DNA from: an uncultured Actinomycetes bacterium
GTDB lineage: Bacteria > Actinomycetota > Thermoleophilia > Gaiellales > Gaiellaceae
Assembly: GCA_963841425.1 (NCBI GenBank)
Contig: CAWJCL010000002.1
Coordinates: forward strand, 793,303-857,302
DNA: 64,000 bases
Reading direction: 5' to 3'
In this document: positions 1 to 7,796 of the stretch, piece after piece
Layout: the number at the start of each line of letters is the position of its first letter
How positions within the stretch are numbered: position 1 is the first letter of the stretch
Notes under the pieces: model-generated
Told to the model about the DNA's origin: nothing
Database searches by the model: none
The model's input: the letters and a program-made list of their open reading frames with translations, nothing else
Program-made: the position numbers and the translations under genes

Positions 1-1
1 C

Positions 2-877
2 GACGCGAGCATTCTCGCCATCGCGGCCTCGGACGACGCTTCCGGATACGCGGAGGCGACGTCCTGGAAGGTGGGCGACCTCGACCCGGCGGCCTGCGCG
101 CGGGAAGCCGCCGAGAAAGCGGCCAGGACGCGTGGCGCGACCGAGATCGGAGCCGGCACGCATGCGGCGATCCTCGAGCCCTACGCTTTCTCCGAGCTCC
201 TCTGGTACTTCGGCTTCAGCTCCCTCGGAGCCCTGTCCTGCCTCGAGGGTCGGAGCTATCTGAGCGGGCGGCTCGGGGAGAAGCTCTTCCACGAGAGCTT
301 CACGCTCATCGACGACGGTCTCGACCCCGAGGGCATGCCGAAGGCGTTCGATCTCGAAGGCGTGCCCAAGCAGCGCGTCACGATCGTCGAGGACGGCGTC
401 GCGAAGGAGGTCGTCTGGGACCGCCGCACCGCGAAGCGTGCCGGCGAGGGCCGCGAGTCCACCGGCCACGCGCTCACCGCCCCCGCGCAGGGATTCGGCC
501 CGCTGCCGCTCAACCTCTCGGTGCGCGCGGGCGACGTCCCGACCGGTGACCTGCCGGAACGCGTGGGCGACGGCATCTACGTCACCCGGCTGCACTACCT
601 CGGCGTCGTCGACCCCCGCGAAGGGATCATCACCGGCATGACGCGCGACGGCACGTTCAAGATCGAGGGCGGTAAGGTGACGAAGCCGCTCGTGAACCTC
701 CGCTTCACCACATCGTTCCCGAAGCTCGTCGAGGGGATCCTCGGCCTCTCCAACGAGGTCGTGCTCGTGAACCGCAGCGACTACTACGACGAGCGCTACC
801 CCTTCGGGACGCGGGTGCCCGCGATCGCCACGAGCGCGTTCACGATCGTCGGCACCGGATCGGGACCCGGGCTCTAG
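2..877 (+). CDS. TldD/PmbA family metalloprotease, C-terminal part (5' end outside window)
   Basis: The frame is open to the window edge. The sequence is TldD/PmbA-type (GIYVTRLHYLGVVDPREGIITGMTRDGTFKIEGGKVTKPLVNLRF). Confidence 0.8.
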   Translation, partial: DASILAIAASDDASGYAEATSWKVGDLDPAACAREAAEKAARTRGATEIGAGTHAAILEPYAFSELLWYFGFSSLGALSCLEGRSYLSGRLGEKLFHESFTLIDDGLDPEGMPKAFDLEGVPKQRVTIVEDGVAKEVVWDRRTAKRAGEGRESTGHALTAPAQGFGPLPLNLSVRAGDVPTGDLPERVGDGIYVTRLHYLGVVDPREGIITGMTRDGTFKIEGGKVTKPLVNLRFTTSFPKLVEGILGLSNEVVLVNRSDYYDERYPFGTRVPAIATSAFTIVGTGSGPGL

Positions 878-1944
878 TGCCCGCCGTTCTCGTCGGCACC
901 CGGAAGGGCCTCTTCGTCCTCTCCTCCGACGAGGACCGCCGCGACTGGGAAGTCTCCGGCCCGCTCTTGAAAGGCTGGGAGGTCTTCCACGCCGTTCCCG
1001 ACCCGCGCGACGGCTCGGTCTACGCGGCGACGAACAGCTTCGTCTACGGCGCCACGGTGCACCGCTCGGAGGATCGGGGCGAGACGTGGACGCGCTCCGA
1101 GGAGCTCGGTCTCCCCGAGGCCACGGGTCTCACGCTCGAGAAGACATGGCACGTCCGGCCGGGCCGCGAGGGCGAGGACGGCCGCCTCTGGCTCGGCGGG
1201 GCACCGGGCGTCCTCTTCCGAAGCGACGACTCCGGCCGCACGTGGGAGACCGTGCAGAGCCTCGTCGGGCACGAGTCCCGGGAGAAGTGGAACCCGGGGG
1301 CGGGCGGGATGTGTTGCCACTCCATCCAGCTCGACCCGGACGACTCCAAGCGGATGTACGTCGCGATCTCCGCCGCCGGGACCTTCCGCACCGAGGACGG
1401 CGGCGAGTCCTGGGAGCCCGCCAACTCGGGCGTGGCGGCCGACTTCTTCCCGGACAACCCGTTCCCCGAAGTCGGGCAGTGCGTGCACAAGCTGCTCGTC
1501 CACCCCGCCCGGCCGGAGCGGCTCTGGCAACAGAACCACTGCGGCGTGTACCGCTCGGACGACCACGGCCGAAACTGGGAGCGGCTGGAGGGCAACGGGC
1601 TTCCGAGCGGCTTCGGGTTCCCGATCATGCTCGACCCTTCCGATCCGGACACCGCCTTGGTCATTCCGGAGGAAGGCGCCGAGAACCGCGTCACCCCCGA
1701 CGCGCGCCTCGGCGTCTACCGCACGCGCGACGCGGGGGCGAGCTGGGAGCTCCTCGAGGGCGGCCTGCCGCAGCCGGCCTGGGTGGCGGTGCTTCGCGAA
1801 TCGTCGGCGTTCGACGACGGCGGCGCCTATTTCGGGACGCAGAGCGGCTCGGTCTTCGCGAGCGCCGACGGCGGGGACAGCTGGGTCGAGGCCGTGACGC
1901 ACCTTCCGCCGATCCTCTCCGTCGAGGCGGCCGACTGGCCGTAG
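877..1944 (+). CDS. BNR/Asp-box repeat beta-propeller protein (sialidase-like family)
   Basis: Contains six SxDxGxTW Asp-boxes (SEDRGETW, SDDSGRTW, TEDGGESW, SDDHGRNW, TRDAGASW, SADGGDSW). The GTG start overlaps the upstream stop (TAGTG). Confidence 0.75.
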   Translation: MPAVLVGTRKGLFVLSSDEDRRDWEVSGPLLKGWEVFHAVPDPRDGSVYAATNSFVYGATVHRSEDRGETWTRSEELGLPEATGLTLEKTWHVRPGREGEDGRLWLGGAPGVLFRSDDSGRTWETVQSLVGHESREKWNPGAGGMCCHSIQLDPDDSKRMYVAISAAGTFRTEDGGESWEPANSGVAADFFPDNPFPEVGQCVHKLLVHPARPERLWQQNHCGVYRSDDHGRNWERLEGNGLPSGFGFPIMLDPSDPDTALVIPEEGAENRVTPDARLGVYRTRDAGASWELLEGGLPQPAWVAVLRESSAFDDGGAYFGTQSGSVFASADGGDSWVEAVTHLPPILSVEAADWP

Positions 1945-1958
1945 TCCTCCTCCCGGGG

Positions 1959-2192
1959 ATGCTGGCCGCCGAGGTCGGCGGGCAGCGCCGCTTCGAGGTC
2001 GAGGCGGACACCGTCGGCTCCGCGCTCGGCTCCCTGCCGGTCGCCAACCTCGTCTTCGACGAGCGTGGTCGGCTACGGCAGCTCGTGAACGTCTACGTGG
2101 ACGGCGTGGACGTGCGCGAGCACGAGGGCATGAACACGCCGCTTACGGGCATCGAAGAGATCCGCCTCGTCGCCGCGATCGCCGGGGGCTAA
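1959..2192 (+). CDS. MoaD/ThiS-like ubiquitin-fold protein ending in Gly-Gly
   Basis: This is the tail of track ORF 1086..2192, 77 aa from ATG 1959, ending ...EEIRLVAAIAGG-stop. The start is uncertain because no canonical start lies just upstream. Confidence 0.55.
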   Translation: MLAAEVGGQRRFEVEADTVGSALGSLPVANLVFDERGRLRQLVNVYVDGVDVREHEGMNTPLTGIEEIRLVAAIAGG

Positions 2193-2434
2193 AGGACGTA
2201 GAACAGCGCGATCGTGTTGAAGCCGAAGAGCGCGGCGACGACGAGCGTGAGCCGTGTCAGGTTGCGCTCGACGATGTGCTGGCCCCCCTGCGACGCGGGC
2301 GTGAAGCCCATGCCGCCGAAGCCCGTGTCGCGCCCGGAGTGCATGAGCACGAGCACGACGAGAATCACGGAGAGGAGAACCTGGACAACCGGCAGGATGA
2401 CGTCGAACACGGCCTCAGGATAGCGAGAGGGCAC
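2189..2434 (-). CDS. secG: preprotein translocase subunit SecG
   Basis: Small two-TM protein with the SecG-type loop LMHSGRDTGFGGMGF. The start is ambiguous (GTG 2434 or GTG 2410). Confidence 0.7.
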   Translation of the reverse strand: MPSRYPEAVFDVILPVVQVLLSVILVVLVLMHSGRDTGFGGMGFTPASQGGQHIVERNLTRLTLVVAALFGFNTIALFYVL

Positions 2435-2500
2435 AGGTGACGGCGAGGACCGTCCGCACCAGGTCCTGCCACGTCCGGACGACGTCGGGCTCGAGCTGGG

Positions 2501-3403
2501 TCATGCCGTCGACCGCCGGATCTCGAGGCCGCTCGCGGTCCCCACGTGCTCGACCTGAAGCGTCGCGTGCTCGAGGCCGAAGCGCTCTTCGAGCATGCGC
2601 TCGAGCTCGAGCCGGATCCGATGGCAGTCCGCGCCCGGCTCGACGAGCACGTGTGCCGAGAGAGCCGGAAAGCCGTCGGTCACGGTCCAGACGTGCAGGT
2701 CGTGGGTTTCCACAACCCCCTCGTGCTCCACGATCGCGCGACCGACCTCGCCCGGCGGCGCGGAGGCGGGCGCACCTTCGAGGAAGATTCGCCCGGACTC
2801 CCGCAGGAGCGTGATGCTCGCCCAGAACATGAGTCCGGCGACGAAGAGGGAGGCGATCGGGTCGAAGCGGTTCCACCCTGTCGCGAGGATCAGAACGCCC
2901 GCGAGGGCCGTGCCGACGAACGCGGCCAGGTCGGTGGCGATGTGCAGATACGCGCCGCGCACGTTCAGGCTCTGCCGCTCCGCGCCGGCCATGAGCGCGA
3001 GGACGGCGAGGTTCACGACGATCCCGACCACGGCCACCACGGTCACGATCCCGGCCTCCACCTCGGGCGGCGAGATGAGCCGGCGGATCGCCGAGTAGAC
3101 GATCAGGAGCCCGATCACGACGAGCGTGATCCCGTTCGCCTGTGCGGCGAGTATCTCCGCGCGCGCGAAGCCGAACGTCCACCGGCCGCGGGCCGGCAGG
3201 GAGGCAGCCCACGCTGCGAAGAGCGCGAGCCCGAGCGCGGAGGCGTCGGTCAGCATGTGCCCCGCGTCCGCGAGCAGGGCGAGCGAGCTGGCCACGATCC
3301 CGAGCACGACCTCGGCGACCATGAAGGCGAGGAGCAGCCCGAGCGAGAGGGCAAGAATGCGTCGGTCGGCGCGGGAATCGGCGTGCACGTGCATATGGCT
3401 CAT
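2501..3403 (-). CDS. cation diffusion facilitator family transporter (CzcD-like)
   Basis: Starts at internal ATG 3403 (MSHMHVHADSRADRRILALS...). Has six TM segments plus a C-terminal cytoplasmic domain (HDLHVWTV...). Its ATGA overlaps the upstream stop. Confidence 0.85.
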   Translation of the reverse strand: MSHMHVHADSRADRRILALSLGLLLAFMVAEVVLGIVASSLALLADAGHMLTDASALGLALFAAWAASLPARGRWTFGFARAEILAAQANGITLVVIGLLIVYSAIRRLISPPEVEAGIVTVVAVVGIVVNLAVLALMAGAERQSLNVRGAYLHIATDLAAFVGTALAGVLILATGWNRFDPIASLFVAGLMFWASITLLRESGRIFLEGAPASAPPGEVGRAIVEHEGVVETHDLHVWTVTDGFPALSAHVLVEPGADCHRIRLELERMLEERFGLEHATLQVEHVGTASGLEIRRSTA

Positions 3404-4422
3404 TCTGGCGTCTCGCCGGCCAAGAGTCGTGCCACCCGCGCAGCCTGCTTGACGACGTCGTGCTCCTCGGCGACCGCCCGGGCCGCCGCGTTCGGCCTCG
3501 GGAGCTCCGCGGCCGCGCGCAGTCCGGCGGCGATCGACTCGACGCTGCCGGGATCGACGAGGACACCTGTCTCGGGAGTGAGGAGCTCGGCCGGTCCGCC
3601 GATGCGCGTGGCGAGCACCGGACGCTCGCACGCGAGCGCCTCGAGCACCGCTTGCCCGAAGGGCTCGATCAGGCTCGGCTGGCAGACGACGTCGCTCGCG
3701 GCGATCAGGTCAGGCACGCGCTCGTGCGGCACGCGGCCGACGAGTTTGACGCCGTCTCGTCCCTCCAGCTGGTGGCGCAGCGGCCCGTCGCCCGCGAAGA
3801 CGAGGGATCCGGAGTCAAGACCGGCAAAGGCATCCGCCAGCCGGACGACGTTCTTCCGCTCGTCCAGAGTCCCGACGCAGAGGTAATGCGTGCCCGGGTG
3901 CTCCCACCCCAGCTTGGCACGAAGCGGCTCCGGATCACGATGCCGGAAACGCGCGAGATCGACGCCCGAGTCGATGACGTGCACCTTGCCCTGCGCGTCC
4001 GGGATCTTTGCCTCGAGCTCGCCCCGGAGGAAGTCGGACACCGCGATCACCGCATCCGCACGGCGGATTGCCGCGGCTGTCGCAGTCGCGACGCCCGGGA
4101 TGGCGCCGACGTTGCGGACGTCACGGCCATGCGCGGTGAGAACCAGGCGCGCGCCGGCCCGTCGCGCGGCGAAGGCCGCCGCCGCTCCTGCCGGGAAGAG
4201 GAAGTGCGCGTAGACGACGTCGGGATGAAACCGGCGCGCCTCGGCGAGCGCACGAGCCGCCAGGCCTCCGTACTTGGCCGGCGAGCCGCCCCGGTGATCG
4301 ATCACGACACGGGAGACCTCGTTTCCGGCGCGCTCGAGCTCGTCGGCGAGCTGCTTCACGAAGACGCCGAGGTCCGGAGCCGAAGGGCCGGGATACATCT
4401 GAGAAACGAGCAAGACACGCAT
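3400..4422 (-). CDS. glycosyltransferase family 4 (GT-B fold)
   Basis: N-terminus MRVLLVSQMYPGPSAPDLGVFV. The C-terminal motif is EPFGQAVLEALACERPVLATRIGG. Confidence 0.8.
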   Translation of the reverse strand: MRVLLVSQMYPGPSAPDLGVFVKQLADELERAGNEVSRVVIDHRGGSPAKYGGLAARALAEARRFHPDVVYAHFLFPAGAAAAFAARRAGARLVLTAHGRDVRNVGAIPGVATATAAAIRRADAVIAVSDFLRGELEAKIPDAQGKVHVIDSGVDLARFRHRDPEPLRAKLGWEHPGTHYLCVGTLDERKNVVRLADAFAGLDSGSLVFAGDGPLRHQLEGRDGVKLVGRVPHERVPDLIAASDVVCQPSLIEPFGQAVLEALACERPVLATRIGGPAELLTPETGVLVDPGSVESIAAGLRAAAELPRPNAAARAVAEEHDVVKQAARVARLLAGETPE

Positions 4423-4489
4423 GTTGACTATTGTCGCAATGGCTCCAACGGGGGAGGCAAGCCGAAAAACCCCCGCTAAGGTCGGATTT

Positions 4490-4756
4490 ATGGCGAAGGC
4501 CGCGGTTGTCGGCGTCGACGTGGCAGCGGTCGAGGAGCACCTTGCACGCTACGTCGTCTCGTGCCCCCTCTGCAAAGGGGTGGGCCAGCTCGGCGTGGCG
4601 CACGAAGAGTGCACGATCGTCTCCGGTGCCGATGCGAAGGACGGAATCTCCGTCGTCGTCGTCCTCTGCAAGCGCTGCGGCTACCTGATGACGCTCGCCG
4701 CCGACCAGATCCTCCCCAAGAAGCCCTCGGCCAAGCCCAGGGCGAAAGCCGCCTGA
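4490..4756 (+). CDS. hypothetical small protein with two CxxC pairs (zinc-ribbon-like)
   Basis: Starts at ATG 4490 with AAGG about 9 nt upstream. Contains CPLC...CKRC and a Lys/Pro/Ala-rich tail. Confidence 0.4.
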   Translation: MAKAAVVGVDVAAVEEHLARYVVSCPLCKGVGQLGVAHEECTIVSGADAKDGISVVVVLCKRCGYLMTLAADQILPKKPSAKPRAKAA

Positions 4757-4770
4757 CCTCCCAGCAGGGA

Positions 4771-4796
4771 GGGCGGCCGCCCGAAGGCGGCCGCCC
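4771..4796. terminator. perfect GC hairpin between convergent genes (possible bidirectional, U-tract-less terminator)
   Basis: GGGCGGCCGCC-CGAA-GGCGGCCGCCC gives an 11-bp perfect stem and a 4-nt loop. It is centred between the stops at 4756 (+) and 4805 (-). Confidence 0.5.
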
Positions 4797-4804
4797 GCAA
4801 TCGG

Positions 4805-5068
4805 TTAGGCCGCTTCCTTCACGCGGCGCGAATCGCGCTCGAGCCGTTCCTCGGTCCGGGCACGCGCGTGGATGAGCTCCGGCGAGCCGAAGCGCTTCCG
4901 GGCCTCGGCGGTCCGGTATTCGCCCCAGAGCTCGTCGATGGTCTTCGAGAGGCCGGCGAGCTCGGCCGACGTCTCGGCATCTGATCCCTGAGCGAGCCGG
5001 TCCCACAGCTCGGCGCGTCGCGCAATCGCCTGGTCCAGCTCCTCACGGATCTCGTTTGTTGTACGCAC
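4805..5068 (-). CDS. small helical protein, DUF2630-like
   Basis: 87 aa with a GTG start preceded by AAGAGG. The sequence is charged and coiled (IREELDQAIARRAELWDRL...). The family assignment is from memory only. Confidence 0.45.
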   Translation of the reverse strand: MRTTNEIREELDQAIARRAELWDRLAQGSDAETSAELAGLSKTIDELWGEYRTAEARKRFGSPELIHARARTEERLERDSRRVKEAA

Positions 5069-5113
5069 AACCTCTTTAACGAGGCTGCGCGAACTGTCAT
5101 TCCGTCCGAAAGG

Positions 5114-5186
5114 AGCCGGAGGCGGGACTCGAACCCACGGCCTAGCGCTTACAAGGCGCTTGCTCTACCAGCTGAGCTACTCCGGC
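5114..5186 (-). tRNA. tRNA-Thr (anticodon TGT)
   Basis: The reverse complement is GCCGGAGTAGCTCAGCTGGTAGAGCAAGCGCCTTGTAAGCGCTAGGCCGTGGGTTCGAGTCCCGCCTCCGGCT. It folds into a cloverleaf with a 7-bp acceptor stem, anticodon loop CTTGTAA and a GGTTCGAGTCC T-arm. CCA is not encoded. Confidence 0.9.
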
Positions 5187-5203
5187 CGACCCGCCCAGAA
5201 TAG

Positions 5204-5866
5204 CTAGTCGAGAACCGCGCGCTCCTGCTGGTGCTGGAGGACCTTCCGCTTCACGCGCTGCAGGGCGTTGTCGATCGTCTTCGTGTCGCAGCCGAGGCCT
5301 TCGGCCATCTCCTCGTAGGAGTTGCCCTCGAGATAGAGCCGGAGAGCGTCGCTCTCGAGCGGCGAGAGGCCGGTGCCGAGGCAGAAGACGAGGCTCTGTA
5401 GCTCCTCGGTCGAGATGACGCACACGACGGGATCGTCGACCCCCGGCCCGGGAAGCGCGTCGCCCAGAGTACAGTCCCCGTCTTCTTGGCCCGCAGGCGT
5501 GTGGCTGAACGACACGTACGTGTTCAGCGGCGCGTGCTTGAAGCGTGTCGCCGTCTTGATCGCCGTGATGATTTGCCGCGTGATGCAGAGCTCGGCGAAG
5601 CTCCGGAACGAGGTGTCCTTGTCGGAGCGAAAGTCACGCACGGCCTTGTAGAGGCCGACGAGGCCCTCCTGGATGAGGTCATCCGCGTCGCCCCCGGCGA
5701 TGAAGTACGAGCTCGCCTTCAGGCGCACGAAGCCGGTGTAGCGGCGCAGGAGCGCGTCCATCGCGGCGGAGTCCCCGTTCCTGGCACGGAGGACGAGCCG
5801 TAAATCCTCGACTTCTCGTTGAGTCTTTTCCTGCGGGCGGGCCGTAGCGAGCTGGCGGCGGGGCAT
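5204..5866 (-). CDS. sigH: RNA polymerase sigma factor, Bacillus SigH-type
   Basis: ATG 5866 is preceded by GGAGG. Near-identical blocks to B. subtilis SigH as I recall it: DLIQEGLVGLYKAVRDF, SFRSFAELCITRQIITAIKTATRFKHAPLNTY, IDNALQRVKRKV. Confidence 0.85.
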   Translation of the reverse strand: MPRRQLATARPQEKTQREVEDLRLVLRARNGDSAAMDALLRRYTGFVRLKASSYFIAGGDADDLIQEGLVGLYKAVRDFRSDKDTSFRSFAELCITRQIITAIKTATRFKHAPLNTYVSFSHTPAGQEDGDCTLGDALPGPGVDDPVVCVISTEELQSLVFCLGTGLSPLESDALRLYLEGNSYEEMAEGLGCDTKTIDNALQRVKRKVLQHQQERAVLD

Positions 5867-5948
5867 CGGCTTTCCTCCTGGGCTTTTGGATGTGCCGGCG
5901 CCGAGGAAAGCGTGCCTCGACAACCCTAACCCTCAACTTGAGGTCACG

Positions 5949-5977
5949 ATCGTAGCAGGCCGTTCCGAAAAGTTCAA
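5949..5977 (-). promoter_or_regulatory. candidate sigma-70-type promoter for sigH
   Basis: Minus strand reads TTGAAC, a 17-nt spacer, then TACGAT. The 13-nt palindrome CCTCAAGTTGAGG (5931-5943) lies immediately downstream. Confidence 0.4.
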
Positions 5978-6399
5978 TGTCGTCTGCGGCGCAAACGCTC
6001 GAGGGCAGAACGCGTGTTCTCATCGAGCGCGTCCTCGATCTGGGAGCGCCCTCCAGCTACCGGCTCAACGCTCTCATCGAGATCCCGCAGGAAGTTCTTC
6101 GACGAGACCCGGCGGGTTTCCTGTCCCGCGGTTCCGCGGATCTCACGATCGGAGGAGATCACCCACACCTCCTCCTGCCTGCGGTGCTCGGCGGCGAGGC
6201 GCTCGATGAGCGCGTCCGCCTGCTCGGCGAAGCGGACGGCCAAATCGCCGTAGGACGTGTCCTCGCCGACGCCGTCGAAGACGACCACGCCGCGTGCACC
6301 GCGGACTGCGATGAAGCTCGCCAGGCGGTCGACCAGCTCATCGCGCTCCCGGAACGAGCCTGCGTGGAGGATGTTGTACCCGTCGAAGAGATAGAGCAT
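5974..6399 (-). CDS. yacP: NYN-domain ribonuclease YacP/Rae1-like
   Basis: Motifs MLYLFDGYNILHA...VVVFDG...VISSDREI. Its position directly upstream of sigH matches Bacillus. Confidence 0.75.
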   Translation of the reverse strand: MLYLFDGYNILHAGSFRERDELVDRLASFIAVRGARGVVVFDGVGEDTSYGDLAVRFAEQADALIERLAAEHRRQEEVWVISSDREIRGTAGQETRRVSSKNFLRDLDESVEPVAGGRSQIEDALDENTRSALERLRRRRH

Positions 6400-6416
6400 T
6401 CGCTAAGGATGCCCGC

Positions 6417-7085
6417 GTGGGGGCCGAGCGCGCGTATCTCGACGACCTCGTCCGGCACCTGCAGGAGCGTCTCGGCCCGGAGCTCGTCGGCGTCTATGCC
6501 GGCGGCTCGTGGGCTCTCGGCGGCTACGAGCCCGGGCGAAGCGACCTCGACGTGGCCGTCGTCGTACGCACGCCGCTCACCGACGAGGCGGCCGACCGGA
6601 TCGTGGCGGAGCTCCGGCACGAGGCCTTACCCTGCCCGGCCCGTGGTCTCGAGCTCGTGGTCTACACGGAGGAAGCGGCCGCCACGTCAACCGTAGAGCC
6701 CGGCTTCGAGCTCAACCTGAACACGGGCGCCGGGCTGACGTTCCGTGCCGACCGCGAGCCCCAGTCCGACGAGAGGCACTGGTTTGCCATCGATCGGAGC
6801 GTCCTCGCCGAACATGGGATCGCGCTCTTCGGCCCTCGGGCGGCCGACGCGTTCGCGCCGATCGCGCCCGACGACCTCCGGCCCGTGCTGGCCGACGTGC
6901 TTCGCTGGTACGAGCGCGAGGCGCCGGAGAGCGATGACGCCGTCCTCAACGCGGGCCGCTCGCTCCGCTTCGCCCGCGACGGGACCTGGCTCCCCAAGCC
7001 GGCGCTTCGTGACTGGGCGGCGGCGCAGCCGGGCACGAGCGCCGAGACCCTCCGCCGCGCGATCGCAGAGCTCGACGCGCGCTAG
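6417..7085 (+). CDS. nucleotidyltransferase, aminoglycoside adenylyltransferase (ANT/AadA)-like
   Basis: N-terminal NTase motif GGSWALGGYEPGRSDLDVAVVV, plus a C-terminal helical region resembling the AadA C-domain. GTG start. Confidence 0.6.
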   Translation: MGAERAYLDDLVRHLQERLGPELVGVYAGGSWALGGYEPGRSDLDVAVVVRTPLTDEAADRIVAELRHEALPCPARGLELVVYTEEAAATSTVEPGFELNLNTGAGLTFRADREPQSDERHWFAIDRSVLAEHGIALFGPRAADAFAPIAPDDLRPVLADVLRWYEREAPESDDAVLNAGRSLRFARDGTWLPKPALRDWAAAQPGTSAETLRRAIAELDAR

Positions 7086-7796
7086 CCGCGGCGCTGGCGC
7101 GCGGCTTCGAAGAGCGCCACGCCGGCCGCCACGCTCACGTTCAGCGACTCGACGGCGCCCGAGAGGGGGATCGCGAACGCGTCGTCGCACGACTTGCGCA
7201 CGAGGGGACGGAGTCCCCGGCCCTCGGCGCCGAAGACGAGCGCAGCCCCGGTGGTGAAGTCGGCTGACCAGACCGGCGTCTCGGCGTCATCGGAGGCCGC
7301 CCAGACCCAGAGATCGCCCCGCTTCACATCCGTGAGATATCGCGCGAGATTGACGACGACGCCGATCCGCACGTGCTCGACCGCACCCGCCGAGGCCCTG
7401 CAGACCGCCGGCGTCACGCGAGCGGCCTTGTGCTCCGTGACGACGACGCCGGCCGCACCCGCTCCGTCCACGCTGCGACAGACCGCGCCGAGGTTGTGGG
7501 GGTCGGTCACCTGGTCGAGGCAGGCGATCAGCGGCCGCTCGCCCACGGCCAGCTCGTGGGCGTCCGCGTACCTGTACGGCTCGCAGAAAGCGACGACGCC
7601 CTGGTGGTCGCGGCTCCCGGCCAGCTCGTTCAGCTTTCCTTCGCGCTCGACATGGACGCGAAGGCCCGTCTCGCTGCGGAGCCACGACTCGGATGCGAGC
7701 GCCCGCTCGGTCGCAAAGAGCTCGAGGATCTGCCGGCGGCCCGCGCGAATGACTTCTCGGACAGGGACGGCGCCCGTAGACGAGCTCGCGGGTCAA
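7082..7796 (-). CDS. rlmB: 23S rRNA (guanosine-2'-O)-methyltransferase RlmB/SpoU family, one frame disruption near the 5' end
   Basis: C-terminal SpoU motifs ([29 protein letters not shown]). The N-terminus [13 protein letters not shown] is in another frame and joins [16 protein letters not shown] at about 7764. The TTG start overlaps the cysS stop (TTGA). Confidence 0.75.

Noticed and set aside
2415-3886. Arg-rich ORFs 2415-3566 (minus) and 2546-3886 (plus)
   Set aside because: They are out of frame or antisense to the CDF transporter and the glycosyltransferase. Extreme Arg/Pro/Gly content marks them as non-coding frames.
5114-5186. tRNA-Thr as a possible integration site of a genomic island
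   Set aside because: No integrase, no direct repeat of the tRNA 3' end and no compositional break lies next to it. The neighbours are conserved housekeeping genes.
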